DNA of 63,519 nucleotides, counting the filler, from Sphacelaria rigidula (Eukaryota): NCBI GenBank assembly GCA_964200075.2. It is 5 parts of 5 records of this genome, joined end to end, with 100 filler letters (N's around TTAATTAATTAA, not from the genome) between each part and the next. Parts side by side here need not be neighbours in the genome. Positions count along the whole stretch, not along the records: positions 25,452 to 38,074 come from CAXNAA020003559.1; 4 more parts are not named here. The stretch is one strand, 5' to 3'. Numbering within the stretch: the first letter of the stretch is position 1; the number at the start of each line of letters is the position of its first letter. Below the pieces are notes generated by a model. That model was not told the origin of the DNA and made no database searches. It saw nothing but the letters and a program-made list of their open reading frames with translations. This document shows positions 25,561 through 38,174 of the stretch, piece by piece. Both the position numbers and the translations under genes were made by a program.

Positions 25561-28500
25561 GGGATGGATGGTGGAGTGTATTTCGTTGTGCTTGTGTAGA
25601 TTCTAGAGTGTCTGTAGTGTTCTCCCAGACTAGATCCTTGGTGGGAGCGCAAGGGCGGGAATTCAAAGTCGGTAGAAGTGTAGAATCAGTTCTGATTCCG
25701 CGGTGGTGCAGGTCCACCGGTTTAAGTTGACAATCGCAAACTTCGTTTTGCTATTCTTCAACGTCTGTTTGGTCTATCGTCAGTTTTTGGGCCGAGTTCG
25801 GGGTCAAAGTACGAGGGTGTATGACTGGGAATGAATGTTCGGCACCTGCCGTGTTGCTTCGGGTGCGTGGGGGATACCCGTGGGGAGGTTGTAACGTGAA
25901 GATAATTGTGGTGAGCGGCAAATTTTTGGCGTGTAATGTATTCGCTGTGAGCAACGGACACCCTGTCTCTCTCCGCAGTCTGCTGTTTTTGCTGGTTCTG
26001 CAATCTAGTCGGCATGTCAGCTGAAGGTGGTAGGCAAAGGGTGGTGTGGTTTAGTGCAGACGGGGCTACGGGATAGAGATTAGGGACTCGTGTGAGAAGT
26101 GAGTGCCGTGTGAGTATTTGTTTATGGTTAACCTTCTTATTGTTGTTGTTTCCTGGTATGGTGGTAGCGACAAGTGAGTGCGGTGGTCTCTGGGTCTGAA
26201 CCACAGGTTTTAGGTGATGGTGATGATTCTATTGCTTACCCAACCACCCGAACGCCCGGTTTGGGGGTGCACTGTGGTGGTTTGTTCGAAGTGTATTGCA
26301 GGTACGAGGGCGGATCCTGAACGTTGTTCTTTAAATGGTGTCTTGAGAGTGTTATTGATGCGAGTGTGACGGGCCCCTTAGGATGTAAACGCCGGGTTGG
26401 GGTGCGGACTTTTTCCCCCATCCGTCTGGCATACCTTAATAGGCAAGATAATACTGAGTAACGAAAAGCTTGGAGTGATCGCGGAAAGTGATGAGGGCAG
26501 CCCGTAAACGGTGGTAGTACATGGTTTTGGTGACTCCGACAAGCTGTGGTGATAGTTCCCCGGCCCATCCAACTACCAAGTAAGACACACGGGCATGAGA
26601 ATACGGTCGTTTGTGATCGTGATATTAGAGACCAACTGATCGATTCTGTATGGGAATCTAGCTCGTGCGGAATGGAGAAATTGTGTTGAAACGTTGCTGG
26701 TTCGATTTATATGGACTGCTGTGCCGACTTTTGTCAAGCGTCGTTCTGCAGGAGCCACCAGTATCCGCACGAGAGATCGCAACCTCACAGCCAGTGGGTG
26801 AAGTGAACGTAGGGCGTTGGGTGTGTATCCGAAGAGTGCGATGCCGTCGGAATTTCGTTGAATATGTTCACAGGTATGTACATTGTGGTCCGAGACTTCG
26901 TTGGTGCTTTCGCGACGTGTCATCCTGGGTAAGTCAACAGCACCATCCTAACGCTCGATAACTCCGGGGGGGCGAGGACGAGCGACTGATAGATGTTTCA
27001 CGAGCAACTTAGATAGCGTAAACGTCGCGGACAAATTATATGTCGTGTGTTTTGTATGAGTTTGGTGGGAAATGGCGCAGCTGCCAAGGTTTCCCCCTGG
27101 TAAATGGGTTTCCAATTGAAGACTATTTCCAACGGGAGCTGGGGCATTCTGATATCCAGTGCGTTTATGAGTCAGAGTAGGCAGATGTGACATATCCATC
27201 GCGAGGTCAGTTTGAAGGATGATGAGGCGAGTGCAAGTGTAAGCTCTAGCTATCGTCTATATCGTGCGTTTTTTCGTCAACTTTCTCTCGCTTACCAACC
27301 CGGCAGGACGAATTGGGGATAGTGTGCAGAACAGATTGTTGGCATACGTAATACAAGCTTAGCGGGACAGCACACCAGGCACATCCACCCGGACGAGATG
27401 GGGAAGCGCATGCCAGTGGTGGATGGGATCATCCAGAAGGCTCGTGTGGGTCATTATTACTGTGTAGCTTGAAATATTGTGCTGACCGTCCTCCCCGTGC
27501 TTGCGACACCCGAAGTGGCACGAGAGACTGTTTCCAATCTACGCGTTCTCGACTGATGAGCACCATTCGTCGGGAGTCGACCCTGCCTGCGGTGTGTATG
27601 CCCTTACACCGAGCCGATATAGATGTGCGTTGGGGTGATCGTTAGCACACGATCGTGAGGACATTCTGTCCAGGTGTTGCCCTATGCGTAGCACCCACCA
27701 CGCCGCGGTTGAGTTGTGCGGCAGTAATAGTCTCCGATAAAACCAGAGGCTTGACGGCGTGTCCGTATTCATCTATATCTATGTTTGATGGGCAATACTT
27801 GGTGAATTTTGGTTTCTGTTGACAGGTAATCGGCGTGGGGATGGCATGTGTACACTGTAAGAGTGAACGTATGAGTTCATTGGAGGGTACCCGTTGTGAT
27901 TGCTCTGTTTTCGATGATGATATATACCTGCAACCTTCACCTAGTAGTAGTGTTCTTTGGCGGTAGCAAAAGGAAGCGAAAGTCAACGTCAGAATTGATG
28001 CAGATTTTGTCCTGTCGGTCGTTGTTCCCTATGTCTTGTCGTGGAACGCGGAACTCTAACTCTCCCCTTCTCTCTGTTCTTCTCTCTCCGCTCTTTGATT
28101 ATCTGCCCTTTATATTTGCGCGTGGTGAATAAGTACCTTTGTCAACCATCTTCATGTTTAGGCTCGAGAGTTCCCGCCTAATTATGTAGCTTCCGGAACG
28201 TTTAGTCGAAACCTGCCCCCACATCCTTGTTACTTGTAGTGCCTGTCATCTGAAGCTCTTGCGGGGATCTGTCAGGGTATTTCTGTGCTACTGTCATGAA
28301 GTTAGGAGGCGTTTATGATCAAATTTATCATCAAATCTGGGATTTTATAGTTGCGGGTATGATCAAGCTTGACTAGGCCCCATGTGAGACTGATTGAAGG
28401 TACAGGCATGGCTTTTTGTGAGCCTTCCCGGCTCACTCGCTAAGTGGAGCTGACCGCTAAGCAATTGCTATAGCCGGAGAGCAACGTGAGAGAGCATCGA

Positions 28501-29225
28501 ACGGAGCGATAACGAATACGAGTGAAGAAGAGTCTTTCGTATCAAGTGGATATAGCTTACTGCGTGAAGCTATTGAGGTGTGAACTGATTTGGACACGAC
28601 CGTAACCTGATTGTGAGCCTTGACCCGCGTGCACACAGAGGTGCATGCTTTACAACACCATAACACTACCCTGCTGACAGTGGATTTTCGAAAATGGGGT
28701 TGAGAAACAGAATGAGGTTCAACTCAAAAGCCNNNNNNNNNNAAAAGCCGTGCTTTCCCTGACCTAAATTCATGAGAAATGACTTTCATACGGACGATCT
28801 CATCCTTCCCGACCTCCCAATTTTTTGTCCAGAGGCCGCTCTCGAAATCTCTGACCTGAGCGAATCGGAAAAGTGGGCTAGGCTCCTCCCGGTGGGGTGA
28901 TACAAAGTGTCCAAGACGCGTGGTGGCGATTTCCCCTGTTTGGGGGTCAAAAACCTTGTCAAATGTCCTAAAAGTGGAAAATACGAGCCAAACAAAATAC
29001 GAACCGGAAGAAACGGCCTTATATGACGGCTCGTTTGAGCTTTATATCGGTGATCAGGCCATGCGAGAGAGCACCAAACGAGGATCAATCAACCTGTAAA
29101 CAAGTAAGAATAAGTTTATTTTCTGATCAATAGTCGTGTGCACCTTCTGAGTAAATAGAAAGGAAGAGGAATAATTCCAGTGTGTAGGATACGCATTCAA
29201 TGTAACGTGGGTTAACGGATATGGC

Positions 29226-30480
29226 ATCCACCGTGTCATGTGTGAGATCACCTGCTCATATTTTTCTCATCTGCCAGAGTCAGATAAACGAAGATGTCCC
29301 CGAACGAGTGCTGGTGCTGGACAACGATTGGCACGTGTAAAACTCTGTGCCTCGAGTATTTTCACCTTCCAAGGAGTCATCCTACGATAGGGGGGGGGGG
29401 TATTTTGAGCCATTTATCGCACGAAATTCCAGGTCAAATCGTCGTTGAAAGCAGCAACGGTTGCTCGAATAAGCTTGTTATAGATACGTGACACTCATTC
29501 ATGCCGATTTACATCGTTTCGAACCAAATACAAGCGCACCGCGAGTGTGGCAGGTCGTCTGACACAATTATAAGCCTCTTTTTTCGTGCAACTAAATACC
29601 CCCCCCCCTATCGTAGGATGACTCCAAGGTCTGAGTAAAGATGATGTTCCCCACCAAGTGCCCATGGGTAACGACGAGTATCATGTGCAAGGTCTCCTAC
29701 TCATTTTTTTTCATTTGCCGGGGTGCAAAAATGATGGTACCGGATAAGTGCTGGTGATGGATAACGAGTATCTTGTGTGATCATTGGATCATACCGGTTC
29801 TCTGCCAGGGTCGTACCACAAGCGATCTCTCCGAGCAACTGATGGTGGTAGACATCCACCGTGTCATGTGTGAGATCACCGGCCGATTTTTTTTCATCCG
29901 CCAGAGTTAGATAAACAAAGATATCCCCGAACGAGTGCTGGTGCTAGACAACGATTGGCACGTGTAAACTCTGTGCCTAGAATATTTTCACCTTTCAAGG
30001 TCTGAGTAAAGATGATGTTCCCGACGAAGTGCCCACGGTTAACGGCGAGTATCATGTGTAAGATATCTTGCTCTTTTTAAATCATTTGCCAGGGTGCAGA
30101 AATGATGGTCCCGGACAAGTGCTGGTGATGGGGAATGAGTATCTTGTGTGATCACTGGATCATACCGGTTCATCTGCCAGGGTCGTACCACAAGCGATCT
30201 CTCCGAGCAACTGATGGTAGTGAACAACGGGTGTCATATGTAGTGTGACTAGGTCACATTCTCTCATTTTTTTGGGTCGAAGTAGACACGGCGTTCCCCA
30301 ACGAGTGCCGATGATGTACGACAACTACCAGATGAAAAATCCTCACGTGATATATTTTCATCTTCCAGGGTCGAATGGCAGACGGTGCTCCCGAAGGACA
30401 GCCGGTGCTCCACGACGATTATCATGTGATGACCGGGTACAATATCAGTGGTCATCTTTCTTTCATCTGCCAGGTGCTCA
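29226..30480. repeat. Tandem repeat: ~372-bp unit built from ~93-bp diverged monomers
   Basis: catccaccgtgtcatgtgtgagatcacc at 29226 and 29853; ggtctgagtaaagatgatgttccc at 29628 and 29999. Monomer motif ttttcatctgccagggtc recurs about every 90 bp. Confidence 0.8.
29374..29624. mobile_element. Sola-like MITE (251 bp) with 4-bp TSD
   Basis: TIR gagtcatcctacgatag(G)n tattt / aaata(C)n tatcgtaggatgactc. TSD CAAG on both sides. The neighbouring repeat unit has the empty site (tttcaaggtctg, ~29994-30005). Confidence 0.85.
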
Positions 30481-30775
30481 CGGGATATGACGGTTATACA
30501 GGAATGCTGATGGGGGATCAAGATCGAAATCTGTAAAACGCAGGGAAATGGGCATGTTCAGAGACATGTTGGAGTGTAACGACAAATCTGAAAGTACTTC
30601 CAAAAGCGTACATCAAACCGAGAACAACAACCGCGACGTCCACCCAATCACAGGCACGCCACGACCACCCACACTACTTTCCACCCACAGCAAGCGCACT
30701 CAATGGCATCACCGCCCCTGCCCGAAGAATACTCCCTCCCAGAGGCGACCCCCCCCCCTGCCCCTGCAACGCGCC

Positions 30776-33700
30776 TTACGAAGCCTTCCTCTGCTTAAGT
30801 ACCGCACGCAAGGAGACTACACTAACCCTCCCAAAGCGGTCAGACACTCGCATCAAGGGGAAGTTGCAAAAGCACCGTCCGCGGATCCAGATGTCAAATG
30901 CACAGACCGTGGCAGCCCCTCCCTTCCTGTGGTGCATGCTATTTCGTACGATCCTCATCAAGATTTCCCTGTTGATGGCCTCGTTGCGTACCTCGTAAAT
31001 GACTTGTAGAGAGTAAGTCAAGACCTCTAGCGTCATGTTGGATAGCGTATGCACGTGCAAAGTCAGGAAGGAATTGTCTTGCTCGTGGGGATCAAGTTTT
31101 ACGCCGCTAATTTCCGAGCATTGAGACAACCCAGCGTACTTTCGCCTGAAGTCAGCGTCGTGGTTCTTCTCGTGCGGACCATCGAGCCCGACGTACATTC
31201 CGCTCGAGCAACTCGTGTGGGGGTGCGGGCGACGCCGACCATTGGAGGTGTGCTTGTGGCCATCGTTGGCCGTATCGTGGAATTTTATGCCGTAACCTGC
31301 GACCTTGAAGTCCTGTCCGGCGCTGTCATGCGGAAGAACGTTCGAGGCCAGCGCTATTTGTAGGGACTTGACCGAGGCAACATTTTGGCTGAAGCCGATA
31401 CCACTGCGTACGGCACGCTCTGGAATATGGCGAGGGACGAGCACGGACGAGTAGGTTACGGTCAAACCCGCAGGGATAACTGACCGTTAGTGCGTTTCGC
31501 GCTTTTCGATGCACGATTGTGAAGCAATGTAGTATACGGACTACCTCGTGTGGGCTACACCGGGAAACTGGGGTACATTGTCTCACACATGGGGAAATTG
31601 CAGCGTGCGCGTGTGGCAGCACACATGGACAATCTGTGACCATTGGACCTTCTCCCACGAGCACGCGCGACGGACTGACTTACCGGCTCTTATCCGTTCT
31701 TCCGGGCCAGAAGGGAGCAGGCCTTCCACAACAAACCGGACCTTGGCCTGCGCGACGCGTAGTAATATAAAGCTTGCGGTTGGGAATCTGGACGGACAGC
31801 AGCTGAGTGAGTAGCTCATGGTGAGAAAAAGAACGACTCGAGCTAACCAGTCAGCGCTCGTGGTGAAAATAATACAGGGCTCCAGTACACGAGTGAAGTC
31901 CTCGTGGTCCAGGGAATGAATAGCTCGAGTAGTCGACTCATTCTCGTGGTTCAAAAAATGAATGACCCTAGAAAACGAGAGTTTGCTCCTGGTTACAAAA
32001 ATTAATAGCTCGACCACTCAAGTCGTTGTTCGTCGGGAAAAAAATTCATGACTCCAGCACTCGAGTCGTTGCTCGTGGTGAAAAAAATAAGCGACGTGAG
32101 CAAACGAGCCATGCTCGTTGTTTTTCGAAATAAATCACTCAAGCGTACGAGTCACGCTCGGTGTTTAAAAAAACACGGACGAAAGCATTCGTTTCGAGGG
32201 GTGGTCATTCCTCCGACGTATGGTATCTAAAACAAAACATGCACGATTTCGGCCGTCAAATTTAGTTATTTTGAACTCAGCACCTTCGTTACTCGTCCCA
32301 TCCTACCGTGGCATGTAATGATGGGATCGTCTCTGGCCACAGCTCCCTCACCTCTGCGTACGAATGCAGCCCGTCTATTACCCTGACGAACGGTCGACAC
32401 GTTGCCTGCTCCACTACCCAGTTGGTCATTTCTCCAAGCAACGGTAGAGAGGGTGGGATACCTTCCCGAGATCCCGATATCACAACAAGTAGCTCTCGCT
32501 CAACCTCCATAGCCTCTGACACGCGAATGGCTTGTGGTCTATCGTCTCCCACCTGCGACCATCCGCCCCCACTCTCAGAAGACGGTGGGGATGGCGTTAC
32601 ATCTGCAGCGAGCAGCTCCCATCCTTGAATCCCCACGGATGCGACTTCGATGCCCTGAGCCGTTACCGCTGAATGCCAATGGTACGTGAAAACGAGCACC
32701 TCGTAAAGAGATAAGATACGCTGGCCTTGCACGCGCAGCGATGAAATGCTGCGAGTAGCCGCCAGGGAAGTCGCCCTGCCAGCGGACGAACTCAAGTTGG
32801 CGTGGTAGGACAGGAGGTCCTCCACACTGAGTTGGCTCTGCTGGTCGTGAGGTTGCGACCTCGCTTTCAGCTCGTACACGTCGTGAATCGCGTTCCTCTC
32901 CTCGCAACCAGAAGGGTTGGGCGGCACGTTCGATGCGGGGAGACTGACACTTTGACCGTGGTTTCCCAAATGCGCCAGCTCAGGGAGGTAGATACGACCT
33001 CTCTCTACTCCCTCCGCCGCCGCTTCGATGCGTGACCTTTTCGCCCCGACCATCCCTGCGTCTCCTCCCCCGCCCCGTTTTGTCCTGGCCCTCCTCCCCG
33101 CAGGCCGCGCCGCCATCGGCGCTCCATGCGTAGGCGCAGTCACCCCCACAAAGTCCACGGCCGCCCCGTCTGCCCTTGCCTCAACCGCCGCTGCCTCTCC
33201 TTCGGGTCTTTGTCTCGACACGGCAACCTCCACGGCCGCTATTTCCGCCACGCCCCCGTTTACCGGCGCCGCCCCGTCTCGTGTCCCCGGCGCTGCCGCG
33301 TTCGACACAGTAGACCTTGTGGTAACCCCGGCCGCCGCGTCGCCTGTGCCGTACTGTGTCGTGGATCCTCCACTCTCGCACCCACAAGTGCCGGCGTAAG
33401 CGGCGCCGCTCGCTCGGTTGCCGCAATCGTCACCCCAGCGTCCCCCCCCGTCATCTCTCCATCTTTAGACCCTTCACCGAATCTTCCGCCGTGTGCGGCC
33501 GCGCCTTCTGTCATGGGGAGGCGAGGCAAGATACCTTTGTTGTGTAGCAACCCTGGCGCCATTTCCTCCAGTTGTTTTACGAGCCCGGATGCGAAGTCAT
33601 ACACGGCAAGGATCGGCTGCCACTGCGCGTGTGTGGTGGGCGAGACGGGGACTCACAGGTATAGTGGTACATACAGCGTGGTGAACATTTTTGGACGTCA

Positions 33701-35027
33701 CCGCGGTCGACGCGCAAGCAAGATCGCATGAAAATGCGCTAATTCATTCGCACCTCTGCTTCTGTGGCTAATGTGCATCAAACACTCCAGTGCCAACAGA
33801 CTGATCATCGTCTGTCGCAACCGGCAGACCCGACAGTACCCCCCGCGCGTGCTGCATGCGTCAGTCACGATTTTCCCCAGAGGGTAAGCACATAAGCGGA
33901 AGGCAAAAAAGCACGCAATCGGAAGGCGAAGCCACCAATCGTAATTGTACCGTAAAATGGGACCAGTTCGTCGTCTCGACCGACGTGCACTGGCATCCTC
34001 ACTCATTTACTCCCCGTCAGTGAGAGAGGGGGAACTATCCCCGCACTCTAGATACCTTCAATCCGAGAAGAGCATCTGCTGGGTTCCTCTCACTCTCCTG
34101 CGTCAGCAGCAGCTCCATGGTCACCAGAACACCCCACGGTGCGAATCCGGCGAATGTTCCCGCGGTCACGGCCGAGGCCTCCCTACCGAGAAACAACGTC
34201 GAGCAGTCGTCGAAGTTGGGGTTTTCCTTCGAAAAGTGAAACGTATGCAGGGCCTTGAAGAGCGACTTCAATGCTGCCACCGTCCCGACCCTACCGCCCC
34301 CCTCCCGGAGGCCCGAGCGCGTACTTTAAGACGGGGGAGACAGGCGTGAATCAGCATAGTGAAGAGTGACAGGGCCCCATGAACTAGAACAAATGGCGAC
34401 AACAACCCGCAGTTGAGGCCTCGCGAAATCCCTTCTACGTTCCGTGGGAGGTGAATGGGCGAACCCAAACGATGTTTGTTTATTTGCGGCGTACTGCACT
34501 CACTTTGAGACTCCCGTCGAGAAGCACTTCCTGTGCAGAGCTTGCAGCGTCTTCCTGTCCATGTTTTCGACAGCACCTATCCCTCAGTTATCCTTCGAGT
34601 GCTTCACCAACGCCTGCCCATTCCCCGTCTTGTGGACATCCTCTGCGGCCGTCTTGCCCCATGCCGACTCGTGGAGAACCTCCGATATGCGGCTGCGAGG
34701 CCCTATCCAGGTTGGCGAGTTGCCGGTATTGGCCCCGTCCACCATGACAAACGCCACTGTAAGGCCTCCGAAGAAGATCGGTGACACCAACGTCAGCTTG
34801 AAGAGGATTAGGCGAGGTCTGTGTCGATGTCCTGCTCTGGCCGCGACGCATACAGGTGGGTGCTCGTGACGAAATCGGTTCCGACTTTCATGCAGGCGTC
34901 GAAGGTTAGAATATCGGGAAAGTCGCCCCACTCCCAGCACCGGTACTCCATGGGAAAATCGATCAGCGCCAAGAATACTAGGAAGGCGTTCTTCAGCGTA
35001 TTGAGCAAGTTGTTGCCGCGGACAAGG
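30776..35027 (-). pseudogene. Spliced KDZ/Zisupton-type (HMGXB3-like) DNA transposase, decayed
   Basis: Ordered motifs on the minus strand: AFLVFLALIDFPMEYRCWEWGDFPDILTFD; SAP-like ENMDRKTLQALHRKC; AGTFAGFAPWGVLVTMELLLTQESERNPADALLGLK|WQPILAVYDFASGL; PHPHTSCSSGMYVGLDGPHEKNH...HEQDNSFL...LSNMT...RNE. Phase-compatible GT-AG introns at 34324-34503, 33623-34055 and probably 31788-32292, 31568-31683. Contains stops and frameshifts. Confidence 0.8.
31811..32165. repeat. Repeat-rich insertion (ctcgtggt/acgactcgag motifs) in a predicted transposase intron
   Basis: Multiple short direct and inverted motifs in an AT-rich block interrupting coding-like sequence. Confidence 0.5.
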
Positions 35028-35786
35028 CTAGCACGTAGAATAGAGAAACAAGACGGGCGAAGGTGGCACCGGCGGTAGCGACACGCACGGCAGAAAAGAA
35101 GCAGCATTTCTTTCGATTACATGTCCCGGTTTTGTGTTGTTGGTACTACATGGACTTAAAACCCCGTTCATCGAGGGGGTGGTTTTGAACGGGCATGGTC
35201 CAAAAACACATTGTTTAGGCTGTAGCGCTACGAGTGTATAGAAAAACAACAAATAGTCTATTTGATTTTTCGCCATAACAGCCGAATCTTTGGGTTGACC
35301 AAAAAAATAAGAGAGTGAAAAACTGTACCTATACACTCGTAGGACCCCGTACGACCGCTTAGTCGGTAACTCGTTCAAATTGGCGATATGGAATACTTTC
35401 TTCTATTAATTTGTCTCGGGTAGTCATCTCTCTACATTCCCAGATTCTGGGATCGAAGAACTCTGTACTACTTTCCCTACATTCCCAAAACCTGGGATCG
35501 AACGGAAACCTTGCGGAGTCATGGTGACCTAATAACCTGAAAAAGTAACGGACGACTCTATAAGATGAGGTTGTTCACCAAAATGAGGTTCAGCCCAAAC
35601 ACTGCTTTCCCTACACTTTCAGTGACTGTGCCCGATGATGTTTTCTCCCGCCTCATGCCACTCCATCGTGTTCATACTTTTTCAGTGCCCTTTCCCGACT
35701 CCGCGACCTTACAGCGCTGAGCGAAGCCCTCATTTCCCCCTCGTAACACCCCCCCTCCCCCATTACAGGGTAACTTATAGCGTTCA

Positions 35787-36553
35787 TTGCGCGTTTGTGG
35801 CGGACGTGGGCTTGAAGCGTGCAACTTCTAACTACTTCGTTGTAGTATGGAACCGTCTTTTTGGGTGAATTTTACGTCAAGGCAAGAAAACCTGCATGAG
35901 GTTTTCGATTTTTCGCACCAAACTTTGTGCATGTGTTCTTTCGACTATCCCGGGACGCATCATTTTAGTATTTTCTTTTGGGACACTATGTACCGGCTCC
36001 CGGGTCTTCATACTGGGACCCCCGGAAGCCGTTAGAGAACGGAGAAACTTTGAAATATCGTCAAGGATATATTTTTGCATTTGGAGCATCAATATCTACG
36101 GGACTGCCAAGTTTGAGAGCGATCGGAGCTTTTCTACAACAGATATAAGGGGCACCATCATGATGCTCCCTGGGTCTTTCGTGCGTATCATTGGTGGAAA
36201 TTAGGCGACGCAAACACCGGACATCACCGTAACATCAAGGTTTCGGGTGAAATTCGACCCCCGATTCCCGAGCCAATGACCGTTACGACGATTTGAAGCA
36301 TGTGGACATTAGGTGAAAATTGAGCTTGGATTTCGTAATTTTGATCTCAGAACAATTTGACGAGCGCTGATTGGTCAATATACATTTTCGCCCCTAGTAC
36401 TACCACCATGGTCTTACACACAAATCCGGCTAAGCCACGCTCTTCAGCTGTCCATAGCGGTCAGTATGATATCATGTGTGCGACTATTGAGTAGGAATTG
36501 CGAAATGCGTTTGCTGATGACACAATTTTGGGTGATAAGCGTGAACCAGCCTG
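35787..36553 (+). mobile_element. Tc1/mariner-type MITE family D, right-end fragment
   Basis: Collinear with 57983-58746; ends gcgtgaaccagcctg. Confidence 0.8.
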
Positions 36554-37610
36554 CATTATTTTTCTGTCCGTCGAAAATAGCTTGTTGCGATGGTGGGTAC
36601 AATACTCCAGCAAGGTAGTTCAATACTTGACCCTTTTGGGACTGGGCCTCCAGAATGACCAACGAGGCTGATTAGGAATGACGTGTCCTGCATATACATG
36701 AAACAGTGGCTTCATGTTGCTAAAAATCAACGAATGTATGTAACGGCAGGGTTTGAATCCGTCGAGACAATTGTACAGAACGTGCACCTCGATGACCCAG
36801 CTGTTGCCGAAATGAAAAACTCCGGTGCTCCGCCAGTCACCAATCGCAGCGGTCCGGCACCCACACTCCGTTCGGTCTACAGTGACTGCCTCCAGCTGGA
36901 GACCGCCAACGCCCTTAAAAAGGCAAGGTATGGGGAGGACGAAAAGGGAAGGATGGTGTTCGATTTTTACCGAATACGCCAGCAATTTCGAACACACTTC
37001 CTCTCGGGAGCATAGAAAAATTGGGTTTGAGCGAGGAGGATAAAGGGCATAGTTTTCCACCTCAGGAGAAAAATAGGTACACTCGCCGTTCCAAATACTG
37101 CTGTGCTGCCATATCATTGCCAGTTGTGCAGTCCATATTCATTGCAACCTTGCAAACTGGGCTGGAGGATTCTTGAGCCTGAAACTGAAACAATTATTCG
37201 CGAAAAATGATAATAATCAAAACTTATGTCAGACAAAAATAAATACAATAAATAGTAACCAGTTATTGTGTTAAAAAAGAAAAGAGGCAACTACAGGCTG
37301 GTCCAGCCTACAAACGGGTTTGAGCTCTCAAAGCAATATGCCAGCGACACAAACGAGTCGGGCTGTGACCCGCGTATCACATTCATCGTCTAACTAAGGG
37401 GAAGGTGCCCACCTGCTCAAAAGTCTGGGTCAATTTCTTTCGCTGATTTAACCTGTCTAGTAATTCCTACACCGTACGGATATACTAAAGTCTATATATG
37501 ATACCCCGGACGATGTGTACGGCGGATGATGACGATTTTTAGTGTGGACATTCCCTGGGGCACGGGGAAACGATATACTTCCTCGGTTCCATAAGTAATG
37601 GTACCAAATT

Positions 37611-38074
37611 TGTATGGGCCCTTAACGATGTCCGATCTTTTTTTTTGTATGAACTCTACGGTGTTTTTTGGGTCAAGAAAATGTGTTTGAAATTTGCAGC
37701 TCGTGCTTGAACCATGCCGCCGAACGGCTGCAAAATAAGTAGTCGACCCCAAAATGGCCGTTTTTTGCCCCTCTCCAAGGAGGAAAAAAGGGTCGAAATT
37801 TTTTTTCTTGATTTTTTTTAATCGCGTGGGACTTCCTGGCAGCCCCAGTAAAGGCAGCGGCGATTAAAAAAGTTCAAGAAAAAAAATCGACACTTTTTTT
37901 CCCCTCGGAAAGGGGCAAAAAACGGCCATTTTGGAGCCGACTACATATTTTGCAGCCGTTCGGCGGCATGGTTCAAGCACGAGCTGCAAAATTTCAACAC
38001 ATTTTCTTGACCCAAAAAACACCGTAGAGTTCATTGAAAAAAAAAACGATCGGACATCGTTAAGGGCCCGCACA
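37611..38074. mobile_element. Palindromic foldback MITE (~215-bp arms, ~35-bp loop)
   Basis: gggcccttaacgatgtccgatc...ttaatcgc mirrors gcgattaa...gatcggacatcgttaagggccc. Confidence 0.85.
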
Positions 38075-38174
38075 NNNNNNNNNNNNNNNNNNNNNNNNNN
38101 NNNNNNNNNNNNNNNNNNTTAATTAATTAANNNNNNNNNNNNNNNNNNNNNNNNNNNNNNNNNNNNNNNNNNNN
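38075..38174. other. Artificial scaffold spacer
   Basis: N44-TTAATTAATTAA-N44. Confidence 0.98.

Noticed and set aside
25740-28450. Highly degraded retroelement on the minus strand
   Set aside because: Strand-skewed composition and faint motifs (E..H....C, AYTPQ) only; no RT, integrase or RNase H signature that I can support.
31470-31660. Second KDZ-like SP..V..IL / YxC motif set in ORF 31326-31664
   Set aside because: The better-matching ES/YDFA motifs lie at 34100-33580; this resemblance is probably coincidental.
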